From a virus, in the IMG/VR virus record IMGVR_UViG_3300007609_001079, positions 1-64,000 of that record: DNA of 64,000 nt. The stretch is one strand, 5' to 3'. Position 1 is the stretch's first letter, and every line of letters starts with the position of its first letter. This document shows, one piece after another, positions 56,908-64,000 of the stretch. The translations under genes were made by a program, and so were the position numbers. The notes under the pieces were generated by a model. The model searched no databases. It saw only the letters and a list, made by a program, of their open reading frames with translations, and was not told the DNA's origin.

Positions 56908-59900
56908 TTAATCAACTTCTAAGATTGGTTCTCCACTTCCTCTACCACTATCATTAACCCTTAATGTATTTGGATTAGTAGTAAATGTTTGTACAGCATC
57001 TCCACCATCTAAAGTTGTAAGATGAGTTTGCTTGGAACCATTGTAGTATGAATTTTCCAATCCGGTTGATACATCTTCTACAAAACGATAGTGAGTTGAG
57101 AATGTACCATTTAAAGGAGTTACTGTTCTATCAATAGTATTAGTAATATCATCACCATTCCATGGTAATATGGTAACAAATTCTCTAAATTTATCAACAT
57201 CAACCACATCATATATAACGTAGTCATTGGAGCCAGTAGTTGTTGGATAGCCTGATATCTGTTGCCTTTCAGCTTCAGTATATCTTTCTTTTACTTTAAA
57301 TACTTTAACTCTATCTTTAATAATGTTTCCATTTCCATCTAATCGAGTTCTAATAGAATAAGAGCCACTACCAAATAAATTAAATCCCGCAACCGCCAAA
57401 TCATTATTTCCGAATCCACCAACTTCAGTAAAGGTGGTTGAATCATAGAATGCATCAACAGAACCAGTCATCTTTGCATCTATGTTGAATTCAAATCCAC
57501 CCATAGTTGCTTCTTCGTTTCTTTGAATAAATCCACTCTGAATTGATGAATTCGTTGTTACAAATGTTCCATCTAAATTAGAGATATCGGAAATAATATT
57601 AACATCGGCACCACCACTTACATAACCATCATAGAATGGTTGTTCAGTTGATACGTGAATATCCTCAGAGGTAGATACTAAAGCAAGTTTAGTAAGTTCC
57701 TCCGATGTAACAATAGTATCTTCGGTTGTATCAATAGAAACCTCGTGATAATTTTCTTCACCACTCGGTCTATTCCATTTAGTTTTACTTCTTTCTAAAA
57801 TATGCGGTTCAATCAATAATCCTTTTGCCACCTTTGCTCTTGCAGGTACTAAAGATTCTAATTGGTCAAATAAAGTTCTATCAATATAACGAACTAATTG
57901 TACATATTCATTGAAATTTAAATTATATCTTTGGAAATAGTATTCTCTAAATGTAGTTAAATCTTTATATGAATCATTATAATCATCAGATGGATTACCA
58001 ATAAAATCATCAATATTAATTGGTCCTACTGAACGAAGGATATCCATATTGATTTCTTTGATTGGAGAAAAGAATAATCCCAATCTATCTGAATCAATTG
58101 GTGATTGTTCATATGATTTTTGAGTACTTCTTTCTCTATAAGATAGTCCAAGACCATCTTCTCCAATTTCAGAACCATCTAAATTATATTGAGTTTCAAA
58201 TCGAACTTTATTACTATAATTAAATCCACTTTGAGGAACTTGAGCAGTTACAGTTCTTTCATATGGAGTATAGTTGTATGGATACTCTGATATTGAATCA
58301 AAATTAGAAGCAGTTGCATGAGTTTCATATGTTTGCTTAATAGCAACATTTTTAATAGAAACATCGGTTCCTCTATCTTTTGGATATTCAAAATCTAATC
58401 TTAAAAGTAAATCTTCGGTAGATGCTGAATTATGATTTCCATTTATTGCATCTGGCAATAAAGTATGATTATCAATTACGGATTCTAATAATGGGGTTGT
58501 CCATAAACGAACTTCATCGATAGAAGCAGTTAAAGTAGAACCACCAATTACTAATTCACTACCACTTGTCCAGCCACTCGTTCCACTAACTGAGAATGAA
58601 GTAGATACCTCGTTTCTAATTCTTTCTTGAAACCCTTCTTTTGCAAAAATCTCAAAAGTATCATTACCACCAACAACTGATTTGTTAATCGTAATATGAG
58701 TAAACTCATCATTATAAAATGGGAATGGGTTAGTAGATTGTGATACTAAAGTAGAACCTTCTAATACTTTTAATTCTACTTTCGCATGCGAACCTGTATC
58801 TTTTAATAAATGTAAACTCCACCCACTACCACTAACAATTCGTTGGTCAACTCTTTCTTCGGTAGATAATCTAATTTCAAATGAGTTTGGATAATCATTA
58901 GTACCACTATATTCTTTCCATGGAATGGTTATTGCAGCAGAACCACCAACGTTTATTGAAGCAGTTCTATCATCATATGTAAATTTAGTTGTACCACTTT
59001 CATTAACATCTCTTGGTCCACCAAATTCCATTACAGTCAACATTGATGATGGAATACCATAACAACTCATCAATGCATGTAATGCACGTTTAGAACCTTT
59101 GTGTTTAAGTAAATAAGGTAAATTGTTTAGTATTCTTCTCCAAATTTGATTTTGGTTTTCTTTACCTTTTAGTACCGAACCCCTAGATTCATCTATATCT
59201 CTTTCATCCCCATCTGCATTCCAATTACCATATGCATATTCCCAAAGTGCTTGAGATTGAACGCCCATATCAGCATCCCAACCAAGAGATTCTAACATTT
59301 GGTATAAGAATTCATCCTTTATACCACTTTCATATTTGTGTTCTAATTTCTTAGATTCTGCTAATGCCTTTGTGTGCAGCCAGAGAGTATCAAAGTGTTG
59401 TCCTAACATATGGAAGAACAAAACAAATTCCTGTCCTTCATCATCATCTTGAACATGTTGTGGGAGATTTCGTACTAACCCATTTATATTATTATAATCA
59501 TATGTTCTTGCATCACTTAAAAGGTTAGATGCATTTTCTCCACTAATATAAAGATGATTTTCAAACGCATCAAACCCAACAACTACTCCATTGATTTGTG
59601 ATTCTAATCTTTCTTTTTCATTTGAAAGAGATATGGATGATGTATATTCTGAACCCGATGTTACTAAATCTATTCGTTGATTGTAAAAATCAATTAAATT
59701 TACTTTGTATATATAATTTTCAACTCTCTCTTCTGCAGATGAATATTTTACAAAATTTTCCCAAACATAATTCCCATTGGAACTGGTAAATTGTATATCT
59801 AATTTTTTTAAATCGAACCCACTACCACTTACAAACTGATTAACTAAATCCGTAGATGAGGTTGAACCGCTCGCGATTAAATCATCATAAATGAGTAATC

Positions 59901-61959
59901 CAACATTATCAGTAAACTTTTCATTAAAGTTTGGTTGTAATGAAATACATTCTTCAACAACCTCATCAATAACAGTCATTTGTTCAATCAAAGGAATTGA
60001 TTGAATCTTAGACATCCAAACTTGTTGGTTGGGTTGAATTGATTTTGGTAGGGGTTCGTATAATTTTAAAACTAATGTTTTTACTTCTTTAGTTTTTTCT
60101 TCTCTACCAGTTAGAGGGTCTACAACTTCATATTCAGAGAATGTTTCAGTATCAACTCCCCATGTAGAGATTAATTTATTATCACCTTCACCTAAATGTA
60201 ATAAGTGAGTTAAGTATTTTGAATTCTCCGATTGAAGAATACTTTTATCAAATTGCTTAGAAATTGCTTCACGAATATCTCGTACTACATTTCCTCTACG
60301 TAATCTTAAATTTCCTTTATCAAATGAAATTGTAATTTCTTCAGTTTTACCTGCGAAAGTAGAATCACCTTCATCATTGTATGGAATAAAGAGAAGTTTA
60401 AAATCAACTACATCAACTGATTCAGCAAGAGATTTACCAGCTTTGGTTAAAACATCTTTAACATTTAAAGTAAGCTGTCCTTGTGCATCTCTTTTAGTTG
60501 CAATCTTGGTTTGATTTGAAATTTTACCAACCCACACATCAACCCAATTGGTATTAATAGATGTCCAACTAACTCTAAAATCAACATTATATCCTTTAAA
60601 ATCTTCACCAATAATATTTTCAGGATATGTGATATGTGTTATATCTGGTCCTGCGAATGATTTGGTTTCTGAAACATTAATAATTACCTTTGTACTTTCA
60701 CCACTTCCACCATTATTAGAAACAGGTTGTAAATAAAGTTCAAATGTACCAACACGACCAAAATCAGATGGTGAAAATCTAACCGTACCATTTGCTGGCA
60801 ATGTTCGTGTAACATTACCTAATGAGTATGTTACTTTATCTGCAAATGCAGTAGAGTATGATATACTTGGCCCACCACCCGCTAAATTATATGATATAGA
60901 ATTAGAACTTACCGATATAACTGGTTTACCAAATACTGGTGGTTGAATTTCTGGTATTATACCTTTACTTGCAGATACATGTAAAGTATAATTTTCTCCA
61001 GTAACTAAGTTATATGATTGGTTTGGGGAGGATGAGTTGGATAGTACGTTTCCATTTTTTCTCAAAGTATATTCAAAATTATACTCTGATGTAGTTGGTG
61101 TTATACTAAAAATTCCACTATCATTTGCCTCAAAAACACCTTCTGTTAAATTACCAGAATTTCCATCAAATGAATAATTTAATAAACTTGAAATAATCGA
61201 AGAATCAAACGATACTTCTATTGATACTATTGGATTGGGTTGTATAACGACATCCCAAATAGAAGTATCCCAATTAATATCCGATGGGAATCTACCACTT
61301 TCTGTTTTTGAAACTACAACACCATTTTTAAAAAGTTTTACACCTACATCCCCACGGATTTGTCTAATGGTATAAACATCTGGGTGTGTTTTTGATTGCC
61401 AATTTAATTTAAAAGTATGACCACTGGATGGTATTTCAGATATAGGAAAAATAAATAATTCTCTTGTTGTAAGAGATTCATCTAAATAAACATTTCCTCT
61501 ATCTGGTGTCTTTTTTACCATAATAGATACACTTCTCTCTTCAGCAACGATTGAAGAATTCCCCTCAAACGTAGTTGTTTCTATAACAGGATTAAATGGG
61601 TCAAACTGCAAATCAGCAAGTACCGCTTCTGTAATACCCATTAGTTCGTTAGAGGGGGTGGTGTTTATAGTGTTAGCACCAGGTAATGTTCCAAACGCAT
61701 TTAACTCAACATTTTCATTTGCATCAAAGTTAATTGATAAATCACCAGTACCAACACCGATAATATTTCCAAATCCCGGATTTGGTTCTAAAAAATCATC
61801 CAAACGATTTCCCGTTCCAGTTGGACCATTTAATATATTCCAATTTTGCTTGATAATAACACCAGAAGAGTTTCTGAGAACTTTCCATTCCCAACGCTCT
61901 CCATTTGGATAGGTAAATATTTCACCAGGGAATAATCCACTTCTTAAAGGTTTTGCCAT
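56908..61959 (-). CDS. Large baseplate wedge-like protein with LamG domain
   Basis: LYQMLESLGW...IWRRILNNLPYLLKHKGSKRALHALMSCYG (gp7/P2 gpI-like block); LamG IDEVRLWTTPL; QLESLVPA. Confidence 0.65.
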   Translation of the reverse strand: MAKPLRSGLFPGEIFTYPNGERWEWKVLRNSSGVIIKQNWNILNGPTGTGNRLDDFLEPNPGFGNIIGVGTGDLSINFDANENVELNAFGTLPGANTINTTPSNELMGITEAVLADLQFDPFNPVIETTTFEGNSSIVAEERSVSIMVKKTPDRGNVYLDESLTTRELFIFPISEIPSSGHTFKLNWQSKTHPDVYTIRQIRGDVGVKLFKNGVVVSKTESGRFPSDINWDTSIWDVVIQPNPIVSIEVSFDSSIISSLLNYSFDGNSGNLTEGVFEANDSGIFSITPTTSEYNFEYTLRKNGNVLSNSSSPNQSYNLVTGENYTLHVSASKGIIPEIQPPVFGKPVISVSSNSISYNLAGGGPSISYSTAFADKVTYSLGNVTRTLPANGTVRFSPSDFGRVGTFELYLQPVSNNGGSGESTKVIINVSETKSFAGPDITHITYPENIIGEDFKGYNVDFRVSWTSINTNWVDVWVGKISNQTKIATKRDAQGQLTLNVKDVLTKAGKSLAESVDVVDFKLLFIPYNDEGDSTFAGKTEEITISFDKGNLRLRRGNVVRDIREAISKQFDKSILQSENSKYLTHLLHLGEGDNKLISTWGVDTETFSEYEVVDPLTGREEKTKEVKTLVLKLYEPLPKSIQPNQQVWMSKIQSIPLIEQMTVIDEVVEECISLQPNFNEKFTDNVGLLIYDDLIASGSTSSTDLVNQFVSGSGFDLKKLDIQFTSSNGNYVWENFVKYSSAEERVENYIYKVNLIDFYNQRIDLVTSGSEYTSSISLSNEKERLESQINGVVVGFDAFENHLYISGENASNLLSDARTYDYNNINGLVRNLPQHVQDDDEGQEFVLFFHMLGQHFDTLWLHTKALAESKKLEHKYESGIKDEFLYQMLESLGWDADMGVQSQALWEYAYGNWNADGDERDIDESRGSVLKGKENQNQIWRRILNNLPYLLKHKGSKRALHALMSCYGIPSSMLTVMEFGGPRDVNESGTTKFTYDDRTASINVGGSAAITIPWKEYSGTNDYPNSFEIRLSTEERVDQRIVSGSGWSLHLLKDTGSHAKVELKVLEGSTLVSQSTNPFPFYNDEFTHITINKSVVGGNDTFEIFAKEGFQERIRNEVSTSFSVSGTSGWTSGSELVIGGSTLTASIDEVRLWTTPLLESVIDNHTLLPDAINGNHNSASTEDLLLRLDFEYPKDRGTDVSIKNVAIKQTYETHATASNFDSISEYPYNYTPYERTVTAQVPQSGFNYSNKVRFETQYNLDGSEIGEDGLGLSYRERSTQKSYEQSPIDSDRLGLFFSPIKEINMDILRSVGPINIDDFIGNPSDDYNDSYKDLTTFREYYFQRYNLNFNEYVQLVRYIDRTLFDQLESLVPARAKVAKGLLIEPHILERSKTKWNRPSGEENYHEVSIDTTEDTIVTSEELTKLALVSTSEDIHVSTEQPFYDGYVSGGADVNIISDISNLDGTFVTTNSSIQSGFIQRNEEATMGGFEFNIDAKMTGSVDAFYDSTTFTEVGGFGNNDLAVAGFNLFGSGSYSIRTRLDGNGNIIKDRVKVFKVKERYTEAERQQISGYPTTTGSNDYVIYDVVDVDKFREFVTILPWNGDDITNTIDRTVTPLNGTFSTHYRFVEDVSTGLENSYYNGSKQTHLTTLDGGDAVQTFTTNPNTLRVNDSGRGSGEPILEVD

Positions 61960-63701
61960 TATAATTCTCTCCCCTTAGTTGTTTGTGTTTTAGCTGTAAC
62001 TTTAGTTACAGGTTGAGTTGATTTTTGTCTACTCAATAATCTTTCTCTTGCAGCGAGTTGTTCATTAGAAGTAAAGTTTCCTCTACCTGTTTCTGGTTCT
62101 AAAATTTGATTAGGTTGTTGAACAACTGATGAACCTGGAGTTCTACCAAGGCCTTGTGATAAATCACCAGTCCCACCTACTAATAATTCCTTTGCATTCA
62201 TTATTATATTATTAGCATTTGTGTTTGCAATTTGAGCAACTCCATTTATATTTTCCATTCTAACTTCATCATCAAATCCAATTCCACGAACATCTATATC
62301 TCGTTGGTCTGTAAATATGTTGGGTGATTTAGTAGTATTCTTTTCTCTATCACCAAGTGGTATTACAGCAGTTGTACCATCATCTTGTATTAAAATTGAT
62401 GTATCGTATTCTAAGGTTGGGAAAACCTCAAATGGCCTATCATCCTTTGGTAATGGGAATATACAAACTCCCGGTAGTCCATAATTTAAAGCAGCTGGAT
62501 TTTCACACAACATTGGTTTTGGTGGTTGGGGTGGGTCTAATTCTATTGGGTCTGATTCTATTTTAATTTTAGTATCACGTGGTTCATCGATAACAACATT
62601 TTCGGATGTATCTGCATAGATACACATATCAGGTACACTTATAGTTGCATTTGGATTATATGTTCTTGCATTTGGGTCCATACAACCGGGTATTCCTGCT
62701 TCTACACTTGGTGGTATTGTAGATGAATAATTTTTATTACTCGTTACTGTTTTTAAAATCTCACCAACCTTATCTAATGTTTCTTGTTGTTCAATGGTTA
62801 AAGAAGTTTCTTCTTGTATATTCCGTTTTGGTAAATAATATTCAATACAACTACCAATAATACTCGTTACCGTATCCATGATTTCATTTGTATCATAACA
62901 CAATTGAGGTATAGTACTTTTTGGTTGTCCAAAGTTATTTGAAAGAATATTGTACTCTCTATTATTTTTATAATGATTTACAGCCTGTACAAACTTTTCT
63001 TTTACGTTTTGTAAATATATTTCAAAGTTTTGTATTTTGAATTCTTCAATAATTAAATTGATATAATTCTGACCAGATTCAACTGTACCTTTTAAGGTTA
63101 ACATATTTTCCAATGCCTTCTGAACATCAAATTGTTCTACGAATTCATCTAATAGTGGAAGAACATCTGCTCCAAAAGTTTTACCTTGAATCAAACATTG
63201 ATATCTTTCATTTAAATCAGAATTGGGTTTTCCATTTTCATCAATAGTTGGTAGGATTCTAATCTCAGTTCTTGATGGAGAAATCTCGTGTATCCAAGTA
63301 GTATCGTTTTCTTTACCATCGGAACCCAACCTTCTATTTAACAAAGAAATTTGAGATTTAAATATTCCATTAGAATACCCAGCTTCTTTAATTAACTTTT
63401 CAACATCTACGAAGAATTCTTCTGCTTGGTTTGATTTTATATTTTGTTTATTGATTTGGGCTTTACCAAAGTAATCTTTTTTGGTATCATCATTATACTC
63501 AATATATCTTGCAGTTTTACCTTTAGCAGATTCTTGCGGTAATGGATTATCATTTGAATCATAAAGAACAAACTCAATAGTATCACCTATATTAATACCA
63601 AAGTAACCCTTGGAGATTTCTCTCTCAAAGATTTTTCTATCTTTGTCATCAACAAGATATCCTTTAGTATCTTCTATTTTTTTAAAGTTATCTATTGCCA
63701 T
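61959..63701 (-). CDS. Hypothetical structural protein with Cys-bounded GCxD-type repeats
   Basis: EISPSRTEIR; GCMDPNARTYNPNAT...CIY and CENPAALNY...CIF; Pro-rich low-complexity tail. Confidence 0.55.
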   Translation of the reverse strand: MAIDNFKKIEDTKGYLVDDKDRKIFEREISKGYFGINIGDTIEFVLYDSNDNPLPQESAKGKTARYIEYNDDTKKDYFGKAQINKQNIKSNQAEEFFVDVEKLIKEAGYSNGIFKSQISLLNRRLGSDGKENDTTWIHEISPSRTEIRILPTIDENGKPNSDLNERYQCLIQGKTFGADVLPLLDEFVEQFDVQKALENMLTLKGTVESGQNYINLIIEEFKIQNFEIYLQNVKEKFVQAVNHYKNNREYNILSNNFGQPKSTIPQLCYDTNEIMDTVTSIIGSCIEYYLPKRNIQEETSLTIEQQETLDKVGEILKTVTSNKNYSSTIPPSVEAGIPGCMDPNARTYNPNATISVPDMCIYADTSENVVIDEPRDTKIKIESDPIELDPPQPPKPMLCENPAALNYGLPGVCIFPLPKDDRPFEVFPTLEYDTSILIQDDGTTAVIPLGDREKNTTKSPNIFTDQRDIDVRGIGFDDEVRMENINGVAQIANTNANNIIMNAKELLVGGTGDLSQGLGRTPGSSVVQQPNQILEPETGRGNFTSNEQLAARERLLSRQKSTQPVTKVTAKTQTTKGREL

Positions 63702-63704
63702 TTC

Positions 63705-64000
63705 TTAGGTTTTCTCTTGACCCACATTAACTGATGTGTTCCCACGTGTACCCCACGTATCTTTTCTATCAACTTCTCGTTCGTATGATGCTCTAATTCT
63801 ATGTGTTTCTCCCAAAGAGGTTTGTACTAATACATTCCCCTCAAATGTTCTATTTCGTTTACCTTTAGTATCATCGGTTTTATTTAACCATTGAAGTGTT
63901 ACAAACCCCTTACCAGCTTCAGAACCTTGTCTTGGTGGTATTGTTATTGATGGTGGAACTTTTAACCACTTTCTCGCCTCGACATCTAATGATAAATTAA
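63705..64000 (-). CDS. Partial ORF (3' end), probably structural
   Basis: Open frame from the window edge ...WLKVPPSITIPP...GQEKT to TAA at 63705, 3 nt before the next ATG. Confidence 0.65.
   Translation of the reverse strand, partial: NLSLDVEARKWLKVPPSITIPPRQGSEAGKGFVTLQWLNKTDDTKGKRNRTFEGNVLVQTSLGETHRIRASYEREVDRKDTWGTRGNTSVNVGQEKT

Noticed and set aside
1596-62566. The many plus-strand ORFs in the track (e.g. 7143..7739, 43368..43994) and short nested minus-strand ORFs
   Set aside because: They lie inside well-supported genes, have no motifs or start signals, and look like antisense or frame shadows.
1-64000. tRNA, rRNA, CRISPR arrays, introns, inteins, IS elements
   Set aside because: None recognised by eye; intergenic gaps are too short, and terminase, portal and primase are of normal length. 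A covariance-model scan was not run.

Overview
AT-rich segment of a large T4-like/Far-T4-type myovirus genome. All genes but one are on the minus strand. A Bacteroidota host is inferred from three TTTG-N20-TAnnTT(T/A)(G/A) promoters, BACON repeats and a Gln+1 signal peptide. Left to right: (i) head/packaging genes (portal, large terminase, probable internal head proteins); (ii) an overlapping membrane-protein pair; (iii) a 1335-aa polyprotein whose modules (HxGH nucleotidyltransferase, Zn ribbon, basic domain, GNAT, HD phosphohydrolase, RNA-ligase-like domain) are separated by hydrophobic-x-Glu motifs resembling prohead-protease sites; (iv) a ~26 kb glycan synthesis/tailoring cluster with 3 GT7 enzymes carrying an inserted LamG domain, 7 radical SAM enzymes, a minimal ThDP alpha/beta pair, 3 SDRs (two without the catalytic Tyr), RmlC, SGNH proteins, GT2/GT4, a methyltransferase and a 2OG-Fe(II) oxygenase; (v) tail fibre and adhesin genes; (vi) an unannotated plus-strand ribbon-helix-helix gene; (vii) fused SbcD-SbcC, primase, GIY-YIG nuclease and sulfotransferase; (viii) baseplate genes. 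A recurrent TATATTTATA motif precedes structural and glycan operons. Best candidates for an undescribed system: the protease-cleavable, probably capsid-delivered RNA-repair/counter-defence polyprotein, and a late-expressed virion-glycosylation pathway. All calls come from reading motifs by eye; no database searches were run.
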